NCBI GenBank assembly: GCA_003523085.1
Contig: DPHD01000024.1
Location: 2,046-66,045 of the forward strand
Reading direction: 5' to 3'
Origin: Oceanospirillaceae bacterium
Lineage (GTDB): Bacteria; Pseudomonadota; Gammaproteobacteria; Pseudomonadales; Balneatricaceae
Length of the DNA stretch: 64,000 nucleotides
The translations under genes and the position numbers were made by a program. This document shows positions 38,666-47,717 of the stretch, one piece after another. The notes under the pieces are model-generated. The model was given only the letters and a program-made list of their open reading frames with translations. It searched no databases and had not been told where the DNA came from. Numbering within the stretch: position 1 is the first letter of the stretch; the number at the start of each line of letters is the position of its first letter.

Positions 38666-39462
38666 ATAGTACCAACCCCTACGATTTTACGCCGGGCGAT
38701 ACGCCGCTGCTGGTGAGTATGCCCCATTCAGGGTTAAATTTAACACCAGAGGTACAAGGCTGCTTAACCACCGAAGCGTTAGCCTTGCCCGATACCGATT
38801 GGTACATTCCAGAAGTGTATGACTTTTTGGCGGAGCTCAAGGTTGGTGTGCTGAAAGCCAATTATTCACGGTATGTGATTGACCTTAACCGCCCTGAAGA
38901 CGACAAACCGCTATACGCATCTAAAACCACAGGTTTGTTCCCCGATATTCTATTTAGCGAAGGTTGTATGTTTAAGGACGGCGCTCAGGTGAGTCAACAA
39001 CACCAGCAGGCCTGTATCGAACACATTTGGCAGCCTTATCATCAGCAATTGCGTCGCGAACTCGCACGTTTGAAACGCCGCTTCGGTTATGCCATTTTGT
39101 TTGATGCCCACTCGATTCGTGCCCAAGTGCCGATGTTTTTTGACGGCATCTTGCCTGATTTCAACTTAGGTACCAATGCTGGCCAGGCATGCTCACCGGA
39201 GTTACTAACAGCAGCAGAGCAATCGTTGGCCGATGGAGGTTACACGCAGGTGAGTAATGGCCGCTTTAAAGGCGGTTATATTACCCGCAGCCATGGTCAA
39301 CCCGAACAACATACCCATGCTTTTCAGTTGGAATTGTCACAAGCAACTTACATGCAAGATGGCGCAGGTTATGCGCTAGATGACAATAAATGCGCGCAAG
39401 TTCGGCCTCAATTGAAGGCTTTGCTGACGGCGCTTGTTGACTGTAATCTGCATAAAAATTAA
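38662..39462 (+). CDS. hutG: N-formylglutamate deformylase/amidohydrolase
   Basis: PLLVSMPHSG, DTDW, SRYVIDLNRP, DAHSI, NGRFKGGYITR and QLEL motifs. Start ATG 38662. Confidence 0.9.
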   Translation: MNSTNPYDFTPGDTPLLVSMPHSGLNLTPEVQGCLTTEALALPDTDWYIPEVYDFLAELKVGVLKANYSRYVIDLNRPEDDKPLYASKTTGLFPDILFSEGCMFKDGAQVSQQHQQACIEHIWQPYHQQLRRELARLKRRFGYAILFDAHSIRAQVPMFFDGILPDFNLGTNAGQACSPELLTAAEQSLADGGYTQVSNGRFKGGYITRSHGQPEQHTHAFQLELSQATYMQDGAGYALDDNKCAQVRPQLKALLTALVDCNLHKN

Positions 39463-39472
39463 GAGACTAAAT

Positions 39473-40276
39473 ATGTATTTAAGTGAATCGCAAGTTCAAG
39501 ATTATGAGCGCGACGGCGCCATAGTCATCAAGGGCGTATTTAAAGACTGGATTGAATGTTTACGCCTAGGCTTTGATAAAGTGCTGGCGCAGCCCAGTGA
39601 GCACGGTAGAGAAAATGTGGCTACGGGTGACGCAGGGCGTTTTTTTGAAGACTATTGCAACTGGCAGCGGATCGATGAATTTAAGCAGTGGATTTATGAG
39701 TCGCCGGCGGCCGAAATTGCCGCCGAGGCCACCCGTTCTAAACAAATTCAAGTGTTCCACGAACACATATTGGTGAAAGAACCCGGTACCGCAAAACCGA
39801 CGCCTTGGCATCAAGACATGCCTTACTATTGTGTCAATGGCGAGCAAACGGCGAGTTATTGGGTGCCCTTAGATCCGGTGACCCAAGCCAACACATTACA
39901 AGTGGTATTAGGTTCCCATCGCTGGCCTAAGTTAGTGCGTCCTACGCGCTGGTCAAGCAACCAGCCGTGGTACAACAATGACGCCGACTACATGGACATG
40001 CCCGCCATTGATGACAGCCAAAATATTTTAGTGCCAGAGTTAGAGCTTGGCGATTGTGTATTGTTTAACTTTAAAACCGTACATGGTGCGCCAGGTAACT
40101 CATTAACTAGCCGCAGGCGTGCCTTCTCTACCCGTTTTATGGGCGATGATGTGCGCTATGTGGACCGCGGCGGCCCAACTTCGCCACCGTTTGATGGTTT
40201 AGTGCAAAATAATGGTGAAGCCATGCGGCAAGACTGGTTTCCAGTGGTTTATCCAGGAGTTAATAAACATGACTAA
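39473..40276 (+). CDS. phytanoyl-CoA dioxygenase (PhyH)-family Fe(II)/2-oxoglutarate dioxygenase
   Basis: TPWHQD (HxD), VHGAPGN (distal His) and RRRAFS (2-OG Arg) motifs. Confidence 0.85.
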   Translation: MYLSESQVQDYERDGAIVIKGVFKDWIECLRLGFDKVLAQPSEHGRENVATGDAGRFFEDYCNWQRIDEFKQWIYESPAAEIAAEATRSKQIQVFHEHILVKEPGTAKPTPWHQDMPYYCVNGEQTASYWVPLDPVTQANTLQVVLGSHRWPKLVRPTRWSSNQPWYNNDADYMDMPAIDDSQNILVPELELGDCVLFNFKTVHGAPGNSLTSRRRAFSTRFMGDDVRYVDRGGPTSPPFDGLVQNNGEAMRQDWFPVVYPGVNKHD

Positions 40277-40691
40277 AAGTGCAACAGGCAGCTGCTTATG
40301 CGGCGCAGTTAAGTATCAAGTCACGGGGCCATTACGACCGGTAGTGGCATGCCATTGTGGTCAGTGCCAAAAGGCCAGTGGCCATCATGTGGCAGCGACC
40401 TCCGCCCAACGACAAGATTTTGAGTTACTAGAAGAGCAGGGGCTTAAATGGTTTTCGTCTTCGCAGGGTATTCGCCGAGGGTTTTGCCAACAGTGTGGTG
40501 GCAACTTGTTTTGGGATAAGGCTGAATTACCTAGCATTTCTATTTTTGCGGGCACGCTAGACCAACCCAGCGGCTTAGAGCTAGTGGAACACATTTACGT
40601 AGAAGAAAAGGCCGACTATTACCAACTCACCGATGGTTTGCCACAACGCCAAGGGTTTAGTATGACTGCGAAGGTCGACAATGGCCAATAA
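40269..40691 (+). CDS. GFA (glutathione-dependent formaldehyde-activating)/CENP-V-family Zn protein
   Basis: GSCLCGAV, CHCGQCQK and RGFCQQCG motifs. Confidence 0.88.
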   Translation: MTKSATGSCLCGAVKYQVTGPLRPVVACHCGQCQKASGHHVAATSAQRQDFELLEEQGLKWFSSSQGIRRGFCQQCGGNLFWDKAELPSISIFAGTLDQPSGLELVEHIYVEEKADYYQLTDGLPQRQGFSMTAKVDNGQ

Positions 40692-41022
40692 ATGCCCTAA
40701 CTGCGAGTTTAAAATCACTGCTCGTAATCAGCTGTGCGATGACTACCGAGATCCGGCTAAGGCCTATGGATGCCCGGCGTGTGGCACCTTTTATCTATTG
40801 CCCGCATCGAATCGTAGTTGGCGTCGGCGGTTTATGATTTTTTTGGCGTTAGTGAGTTTTAATGTTGCCTTGAGCGCTATTTTTAGCTTTGTGAGCGTGG
40901 CTTCGATGTGGCTCGAGGCCGGTTTAGTGGCGCTCTTTGTGGTGGCTATTCTGGTGTTTCTTCGCCTTCGAAGGGTAGCCTTAGTAGATTCAGGGTATCG
41001 CTCGGATCGGCCTAATGGGTGA
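40681..41022 (+). CDS. hypothetical Zn-ribbon membrane protein (CxxC-x22-CxxC plus two TM helices)
   Basis: CPNC...CPAC followed by two hydrophobic segments; overlaps both neighbours in an operon. Confidence 0.6.
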   Translation: MANKCPNCEFKITARNQLCDDYRDPAKAYGCPACGTFYLLPASNRSWRRRFMIFLALVSFNVALSAIFSFVSVASMWLEAGLVALFVVAILVFLRLRRVALVDSGYRSDRPNG

Positions 41023-41677
41023 GGATTTCATCGTCCCTTTGTGTCAGGAAACGGTGGCCATTTTATTTGTCGATGAGTCGATTATATTGGTCGATAAACC
41101 CAGTGGATTGTTGTCCGTGCCGGGCAAACACCCCCTGAATAAAGATTGTTTAATTACCCGTGTGCAGCAAAATTACCCAGACGCATTGATTGTGCATCGG
41201 CTAGATATGGATACTTCTGGGGTGATGGTGTTGGCCCGCGGTAAAGCCAGCTTGTCTCACCTCAGCCGCCAGTTTCAAGAGCGCCAAACCCAAAAACAGT
41301 ATTTAGCTTGGGTCTATGGTTTGCTAGACAATGATGAAGGAGCGGTTGATTTGCCCCTATGCTGTGATTGGCCAAACCGCCCGAAACAAATGGTGGACCA
41401 TGTACAAGGCAAGGCATCACTGACCTATTTTGAGGTGTTGGAACGTCGTGGTGAAAATTTACAAACAAAAGTCTTATTAAAACCAGTGACCGGACGTTCG
41501 CACCAACTTAGGGTACATATGGCAGCACTGGGCCATCCCATTAGTGGTTGTGGTTTTTATGCCCATGCAGCGGCTTTTGAACAAGCAGAAAGATTGCAAT
41601 TACACGCCTGGAAGCTGGCCTTTAGTCACCCAGTGACGGGTGTGCCCGTGCAACAAACCGCTGCCGCCCCTTTTTGA
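41015..41677 (+). CDS. rluA: RluA-family pseudouridine synthase
   Basis: KPSGLLSVPG, VHRLDMDTSG, DWPNRPKQ and TGRSHQLRVH motifs. Confidence 0.9.
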   Translation: MGEDFIVPLCQETVAILFVDESIILVDKPSGLLSVPGKHPLNKDCLITRVQQNYPDALIVHRLDMDTSGVMVLARGKASLSHLSRQFQERQTQKQYLAWVYGLLDNDEGAVDLPLCCDWPNRPKQMVDHVQGKASLTYFEVLERRGENLQTKVLLKPVTGRSHQLRVHMAALGHPISGCGFYAHAAAFEQAERLQLHAWKLAFSHPVTGVPVQQTAAAPF

Positions 41678-41698
41678 GTTTATAGGCCTTGGAAGGGG

Positions 41699-42070
41699 TT
41701 ACACGTAGGTATTGATGACACTCCACAATTCATCTTCTGAAAATGGTTTGTGTACGTAATCGGTAATGCCAGCCTCTTTCCAGTGTGCTAGCTCGGTGAT
41801 AGGGTCGCGCGCGGTGGCGGCAATAATCGGCACCTCGGCGCTGTCATTGATGTTTAATGCACGAATGGCCCGTGTTGCCGCTAGGCCATCTAGGTTAGGC
41901 ATCATGAGGTCCATAATGATAATGTCGTACGCCTTGTTTTTAACACTATCTACCGCTTCCAAACCGTCTGCTGCAAGATCAATATGGACTTCACCAAAAG
42001 TAAGAAATTCATAGATAATCTCGCGATTAACTAAGTCATCTTCTACGACAAGCATATTGATATTGGGCAT
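41699..42070 (-). CDS. single-domain response regulator (receiver only)
   Basis: LVVEDD, MDLMMPNLDG, ATA and KPF motifs. Confidence 0.88.
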   Translation of the reverse strand: MPNINMLVVEDDLVNREIIYEFLTFGEVHIDLAADGLEAVDSVKNKAYDIIIMDLMMPNLDGLAATRAIRALNINDSAEVPIIAATARDPITELAHWKEAGITDYVHKPFSEDELWSVINTYV

Positions 42071-42151
42071 AGGACTACTCGGTATGTGATTATTAACGGC
42101 CGAATTGTACCCTGAATCGGCCGCTTTGAAAAACTCTAGTGTAGTTTGAGA

Positions 42152-43147
42152 CTAGTGACTCGCTAGCTTCAAGACACTTTGCCAGACATCGGCATCCAGA
42201 TCTACGGCCTCGGGCAGCACCTTTTGTGACCCAGGAAGGCGTGCGCCCGGTTGGCTAGTCACAGCTTCTGAAATGGCAGTCAGCTTGTCCCAGAACAGAT
42301 CGCCCGATACATTGGTAGGGTCAATGATGATGTAACATTGACCCAAGTCGTGGGGCTGCCCTTCGGTGGCTTTGAGTGGCTCTAGCTGGGTGCTGGTGCT
42401 GCCGCCAGTAAATGCAGCGGCAAGAATTTCTGCCATTAACCCAAAACCGTAGCCTTTATAGCCGCCAGAAGAAACCAAAGAGCCGCCTTTTAATACGGCG
42501 TTGGGGTCTTGTGTGGCTTGGCCTTCGCTGTCGACACCCCAGCCTAAGGGGATTTGCTCACCGGCGGTGGCGGCCATGTTGATTTTGCCAATCGCAATGG
42601 CGCTGGTGGATTGGTCAAACTGCATGGCTAGGCCGCCTTTGCCGTCGGGCACAGACATGGCAATAGGATTAGTGCCTAATACCGCTTTGGTACCACCTGG
42701 AGGCGAAACGCAGGCCTTGGCGTTGGTCATGCCAATGGCAATAAAACCAGCACGGGCGATTTGCTCAGTGAAGTAACCCATTGAGGTACAGGTGTGTGAA
42801 TGGCAAATGGCTAAGGTGGCAACGCCATTGGTTTTTGCTGCGGCAAGGGCCGTATCAAGACCGCGAGCAAAGGCAGCTTGGGCAAAACCAAGCTTGGCAT
42901 CTACCATTACGCTGGCGGGTTTGGGTTGGCTTACCTGCGGTTCAACATTGCCTTCTACCCGGCCTACACGCAGTTGATTGCAATAGCTGTCGAGATAGAA
43001 TAAACCACAAATACGATTACCATGGGCTTCTGCTACACGAACAGCGTGAGCCACTGAATCGGCAATCCAAGGCGCTGCACCATGGGCGACGAGGGCTTGG
43101 GACGTGGTGGATTGTATGGTGTCTAGATCGACGCTGATAGTGGCCAT
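42152..43147 (-). CDS. Ldh_2-family (type 2 malate/L-lactate) dehydrogenase, ComC sulfolactate dehydrogenase-like
   Basis: GTNPIA, FDQSTS, GGYKG.G..LM.E.LAA and RLPG motifs; substrate assignment uncertain. Confidence 0.8.
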   Translation of the reverse strand: MATISVDLDTIQSTTSQALVAHGAAPWIADSVAHAVRVAEAHGNRICGLFYLDSYCNQLRVGRVEGNVEPQVSQPKPASVMVDAKLGFAQAAFARGLDTALAAAKTNGVATLAICHSHTCTSMGYFTEQIARAGFIAIGMTNAKACVSPPGGTKAVLGTNPIAMSVPDGKGGLAMQFDQSTSAIAIGKINMAATAGEQIPLGWGVDSEGQATQDPNAVLKGGSLVSSGGYKGYGFGLMAEILAAAFTGGSTSTQLEPLKATEGQPHDLGQCYIIIDPTNVSGDLFWDKLTAISEAVTSQPGARLPGSQKVLPEAVDLDADVWQSVLKLASH

Positions 43148-43250
43148 GACGGTCTCATTTATAATAATAATTTAGCTGCTGATTTTATGTTGCTTTGCCT
43201 GCCAGGGTAAAGTAAAACTGTGGCTTAATATACGATTATTGGGCCAGTTG

Positions 43251-43775
43251 ATGGATCAGTCTATTCCAGTGTCGCAGCTACTACTGCGTCCATTTACCCA
43301 GGCAGATGCGCAGGTGGTGCAAACCTTGGCAAGTGATGCAAGGGTGGCGCAGATGGCGGGCAACCTGCCTTACCCCTACCCCGAAGACGGTGCGAAATCC
43401 TGGATTGCCACCCATGCCCAGCAGCACCGTGCGGGCACTGCCATCATTCGTGCTATGGTGAGGCGCTCGGATGGTCAATGTGTGGGTGCCATTAGCTTGG
43501 ATCAAATCCCTCGCGGGCTCAATGCCCAAGGTAATTTAGGTTATTGGGTGGGTGTGCCCTATTGGAATAACGGCTACTGCGCTGAAGCAGGTAAGCTGAT
43601 GTTACAATTGGCTCGCAATGAGTTCCATATGCAGGCCGTAGTGGCGGCCCATCGTATTGATAACCCGGCATCAGGCAGGGTGCTGGAAAAATTAGGCTTT
43701 GAAGAATTGGAACCCCAGCGCATGACCAACTTATCTGGCGAGTTTCTGTTTCGCTGTTATCAAAAGTGGTTATAG
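43251..43775 (+). CDS. GNAT N-acetyltransferase (RimJ/RimL-like)
   Basis: LRPF, PYPY, LGYW.G..YW..GY..EA and NPASGRVLEKLGF motifs. Confidence 0.88.
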   Translation: MDQSIPVSQLLLRPFTQADAQVVQTLASDARVAQMAGNLPYPYPEDGAKSWIATHAQQHRAGTAIIRAMVRRSDGQCVGAISLDQIPRGLNAQGNLGYWVGVPYWNNGYCAEAGKLMLQLARNEFHMQAVVAAHRIDNPASGRVLEKLGFEELEPQRMTNLSGEFLFRCYQKWL

Positions 43776-43792
43776 GGTTTTATGACAGGCAA

Positions 43793-43824
43793 TAAAAAGG
43801 GCGCCCTATAGGCACCCCTTTGTT
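43793..43824 (-). terminator. Rho-independent terminator after deaD (possibly bidirectional)
   Basis: Minus strand AAGGGGTGCC-TATAG-GGCGCCCTTTTT, between convergent genes. Confidence 0.7.
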
Positions 43825-43841
43825 AAAAATCACCGGTAATA

Positions 43842-45614
43842 CTAACGGCGGCGACCACCGTCGTTACGGCTGTCTCTGCGGTTATTTGGGCGATCGCCAC
43901 CACGGTTAGGTGGGCCTTTGCGCTTAGGTCGTGGTGACTTAGCACCAGGCACGAAGTCATCGGCAGCGCCTTGTGACTGAATGTTCAGTGGCTGATTGCG
44001 TACGCGTACTTTCTTAAGTAGTTGCAACATTTCAGCTGGCATGCCGGCAGGAAGGTCTACGGTAGAGTGGTCGTCGAGCAAGTTAATACGGCCAATGTAA
44101 GCACTGCTTAGGTCGGCTTCGTTAGCAATGGCGCCAACAATGTCGCCTGGCTTAACTTGGTGGTCATGGCCCACTTCAATACGGAAGCGTTCCATGGCGA
44201 TAGATTCGCCAGAGAAGGTTTCTTCCTTGCGCTCACGGCGTGGACGGCGTTCTTCATCACCAAAACCAGGTGTGGCATCGCGTGAATCACGACGTTCAGG
44301 CTTGCGTGGCTCTTCCATCACTAACGGGCGGTCTTGTTGGGCCATAAAGGCCAAGGCTGCTGCCACTTGCTCTGGGGCGATTTCACGTTCCTTCACAAAG
44401 GCTTCAATTAGGTCGCTGTAGATGCTTAGGTCAGACTGTTCAAGGGCTTTGTCGATGCTGGCTTTAAACTGGTCGATACGACGGGTTTGTACTTGCTCAC
44501 GGCTTGGTAATTCCATTGGGGTAATGGTCTGACGCGTAGCTTTTTCGATAGAGCGCAGCATGTTGCGCTCACGTGGTGCGACAAACAAAATGGCGCTACC
44601 GGTACGGCCGGCACGACCAGTACGGCCAATACGGTGAACGTAGGCTTCTGTGTCGTAGGGAATGTCGTAGTTAATGACGTGGCTTACACGAGCAACGTCA
44701 ATACCACGAGCAGCTACGTCTGTAGCCACAACGATATCGATTTTGCTTTTCTTTAAATGCTCAATGGTGCGCTCACGCAACTGCTGAGACATATCGCCGT
44801 TGATGGCGGAGGCGCGATGACCGCGTGCTTCTAGCTTTTCAGCCAGTTCAACGGTTAAGGTTTTGGTGCGTACAAAGACGATAACACCATCAAAATCTTC
44901 GGCTTCTAAGATGCGCGTCATGGCGTCTAGCTTATTGGTGCCAACGGCTTTCCAGTAACGCTGGGTAACGCTGCTTACGGTCGCAGTTTTGGCTTCAATC
45001 TTAATTTCTTCTGGGTTGTTAAGGTAAGTGTTTGCAACCTTACGAATAACAGCTGGCATGGTGGCCGAGAAAAGTGCGACTTGGCGTTCTGCTGGAGTGT
45101 GGTCCAAAATCCAAGTGACGTCGTCGATAAAGCCCATGCGTAGCATTTCGTCGGCTTCGTCTAAAACAACAGTCTTTAGCTTATCTAGCTTTAAAGTGCC
45201 GCGACGCAGGTGATCCATGACTCGGCCTGGAGTACCAACAACTACGTGTACGCCACGTTGTAGCTGACGCAATTGACCGCTCATGCTGCTGCCGCCGTAG
45301 ATAGGTAATACGTGGAAACCACGCATGTCGCTAGCGTAGTTTTGGAAGGCTTCGGCAACCTGAATGGCAAGCTCACGAGTTGGAGCCAGTACCAGTACCT
45401 GTGGGGCTTCTACTTTTAAGTCGATGTTGGATAGGGCGGGTAGAGCAAAAGCAGCGGTTTTACCTGTGCCTGTTTGCGCCGTACCTAAAATATCTCTGCC
45501 TTCCAAAAGGTGTGGAATAGCAGCGGCTTGAATGGGGGAAGGCTGTTCGTAGCCAATGCGTGTGATGGCAGAAAGTACTGGTTTAGAAAGAGCCAGTTCT
45601 GTAAAAGTGGTCAT
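43842..45614 (-). CDS. deaD: cold-shock DEAD-box RNA helicase DeaD/CsdA
   Basis: AQTGTGKT, PTRELA, LDEADEML, SAT and HRIGRTGRAGR motifs; DbpA-type RNA-binding domain (VKPGDIVGAIANE). Confidence 0.93.
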   Translation of the reverse strand: MTTFTELALSKPVLSAITRIGYEQPSPIQAAAIPHLLEGRDILGTAQTGTGKTAAFALPALSNIDLKVEAPQVLVLAPTRELAIQVAEAFQNYASDMRGFHVLPIYGGSSMSGQLRQLQRGVHVVVGTPGRVMDHLRRGTLKLDKLKTVVLDEADEMLRMGFIDDVTWILDHTPAERQVALFSATMPAVIRKVANTYLNNPEEIKIEAKTATVSSVTQRYWKAVGTNKLDAMTRILEAEDFDGVIVFVRTKTLTVELAEKLEARGHRASAINGDMSQQLRERTIEHLKKSKIDIVVATDVAARGIDVARVSHVINYDIPYDTEAYVHRIGRTGRAGRTGSAILFVAPRERNMLRSIEKATRQTITPMELPSREQVQTRRIDQFKASIDKALEQSDLSIYSDLIEAFVKEREIAPEQVAAALAFMAQQDRPLVMEEPRKPERRDSRDATPGFGDEERRPRRERKEETFSGESIAMERFRIEVGHDHQVKPGDIVGAIANEADLSSAYIGRINLLDDHSTVDLPAGMPAEMLQLLKKVRVRNQPLNIQSQGAADDFVPGAKSPRPKRKGPPNRGGDRPNNRRDSRNDGGRRR

Positions 45615-45891
45615 CGTAGTATCCTAAAATAAAGAAATCTAAGGACTCAATGAACACAAATATCCACAAAGCCCGCGCGTAAACAAAGTCACTCCCTAAG
45701 CCGCACTGAATGGGGCAGAGATGGTATTGAAGTGATGTAACCCTCTGTTCGGTCTACATTGGTTTTACTTAAATCAAAGTAAGATAACCAATGCCCGGCA
45801 CCTGCTGGTGCCTTACCGTGCCACTTTATTTTGAAGTGTGGCTGAGATAACGCGGATGCAAGTGATATTACGCGGCGGAGTATATGCTAAT

Positions 45892-45926
45892 TGTATACAA
45901 AATGCTAGAGGGGCATTTTGTATACA
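45892..45926. repeat. perfect 14-bp inverted repeat between prx and the deaD promoter
   Basis: TGTATACAAAATGC-TAGAGGG-GCATTTTGTATACA. Confidence 0.75.
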
Positions 45927-45943
45927 TAGCTTGGCACCCTTGC

Positions 45944-46471
45944 TTAGGACTTAATAGCAGCCAGTACAGACTCTGCAGAACTCACAGAGAAGGGGTCGGC
46001 ACCATGGTTGTCTTCACGGCCGGGCTCTTCTAACCAATGCTCAACCACGCCATTATCAACCACCATGGCATAGCGCCATGAGCGAGGGCCAAAGCCTATA
46101 TTGTGCTTGTCTACCAGCATGCCCATTTGACGGGTGAATTCACCATTGCCATCGGGGATGAATTTAATGTTTTTAATGCCTTGGTCGAGCATCCATTTAC
46201 GCATCACAAAGGTGTCGTTAACCGACAACACATAAACTTCGTCTACGCCTAGCTGCTTGAATTCTTCGTAGGCAGCTTCAAAACCGGGTACTTGCATGGT
46301 GCTGCAAGTGGGCGTAAAAGCGCCAGGTAGGGAAAATACGACTACTTTTTTATCTTTAAAAATGTCATCGGTGGTGAGGTCTTGCCAGCGAAACGGATTA
46401 TCGCCGCCGATACTGGCGTCGCGCACGCGGGTTTTAAAGGTGATTTGGGGTACTGAATTTCCTGTATGCAT
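45944..46471 (-). CDS. peroxiredoxin (Prx5/PGdx type, no glutaredoxin domain)
   Basis: FSLPGAFTPTCS, SVND.FVM..W, PDGNGEFT and GFG.RSWRY motifs. Confidence 0.9.
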   Translation of the reverse strand: MHTGNSVPQITFKTRVRDASIGGDNPFRWQDLTTDDIFKDKKVVVFSLPGAFTPTCSTMQVPGFEAAYEEFKQLGVDEVYVLSVNDTFVMRKWMLDQGIKNIKFIPDGNGEFTRQMGMLVDKHNIGFGPRSWRYAMVVDNGVVEHWLEEPGREDNHGADPFSVSSAESVLAAIKS

Positions 46472-46508
46472 TTTATGCTCCTAGGCAGGTGGGTAAAGTG
46501 TAGGTGAG

Positions 46509-47717
46509 TTAGTGATTAATGAGGGCTAGTCGGCGCATAAACAATGCGGATGCCATTAATAATAGTGCAGAACACAATAAACACCAGATAAACCCAAAAT
46601 GTATAAACACCCAGCCGGACAACACGGTGCCTAGCAGGCGGCCGGCAGCATTGGCCATATAATAATAACCAAGGTCCATGGACACCCGATCTATATTGGC
46701 TAAGTTAACAATTAAATAGCTGTGGATGGCCGAATTAACGGCGAATACCAGGCCGAAACAAGCTAAACCAATCATCAATACCCAGGCCTTGTTGAGATCG
46801 AGGGCAAGGCCGATGGCAATCAGCACGGTGGTTGTGGTCAGCAACAGGATCCACGATAAACTATGGCGTGCTGTGACGTGGGTGGCGTATAAGCGGTGAG
46901 TTAATTTTGGTGTGAGTGCTTGAACTATGCCGTAGCCAATAATCCATAGTGCTAAATAAGCCCCCACCTGCCAGTATTGCCACGCCAATTGCTGGGCCAA
47001 ATACACCGGTAGAGCGACTACAAACCACACATCACGAGCAGAAAAAAGAAATAAGCGAGCCAAACTAAGGTTGTTGATGGCAGGGCTTTGGGACCAAAGA
47101 TGAGCCACCTTGGGTTTGTTTGTGGCGCGCCCTAAGTCGGTTTTAAGCAGTACCAGACTCAGTATCCAAACCCCTGCCAGCCCTAGTAGCATGATGAGCA
47201 CACTGCTAGCAAAACCAAAACCATTTAATAGTGCGCCGCCGAGAAAGAATCCAACGCCTTTTAAGGCATTTTTGGAGCCGGTAAGTAAGGCCACCCAGCG
47301 ATATAAACGAGCGTCTTTGCCTGCGGGCGCGAGTATTTTTACAGCGCTTTTTGCACTCATTTTATTCAGATCTTTGGCAATGCCAGAAATCGCTTGCGCC
47401 GCCATGACCCAAGCCACTGTGAGTAAGTGAGGGCTCACAAGCAACATACTTAACGCAACTAACTGTAAGCCTAGGCCAATGTTCATGGTGCGATTAAGAC
47501 CAATGCGCGCACCAAGGTAGCCCCCGAGCAAATTGGTGATGACCCCAAACAGCTCGTAAAACAAAAACATCAGGGCAATTTGTAAGGCGTCATAGCCTAA
47601 GCTGTGGAAATGCAATACCACCAACATGCGTAAGGCGCCGTCGGTGAGGGTAAAGGCCCAGTAGTTGCCGGTGATGAGGGCATATTGACGCAACTTAGCT
47701 GAGCTGGACTCAGTCAT
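46509..47717 (-). CDS. arsJ: organoarsenical efflux MFS transporter ArsJ
   Basis: NYWAFTLTDGALRMLV, SGIAKDLNKMSAKS, LTGSKNALKG and LFSARDVWFVV motifs. Confidence 0.93.
   Translation of the reverse strand: MTESSSAKLRQYALITGNYWAFTLTDGALRMLVVLHFHSLGYDALQIALMFLFYELFGVITNLLGGYLGARIGLNRTMNIGLGLQLVALSMLLVSPHLLTVAWVMAAQAISGIAKDLNKMSAKSAVKILAPAGKDARLYRWVALLTGSKNALKGVGFFLGGALLNGFGFASSVLIMLLGLAGVWILSLVLLKTDLGRATNKPKVAHLWSQSPAINNLSLARLFLFSARDVWFVVALPVYLAQQLAWQYWQVGAYLALWIIGYGIVQALTPKLTHRLYATHVTARHSLSWILLLTTTTVLIAIGLALDLNKAWVLMIGLACFGLVFAVNSAIHSYLIVNLANIDRVSMDLGYYYMANAAGRLLGTVLSGWVFIHFGFIWCLLCSALLLMASALFMRRLALINH

Noticed and set aside
42097..42123. CGGCCGA...TCGGCCG inverted repeat between the Ldh_2 gene and the response regulator
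   Set aside because: The loop is large and the U-tract poor; I cannot tell a terminator from chance, so it is not called.
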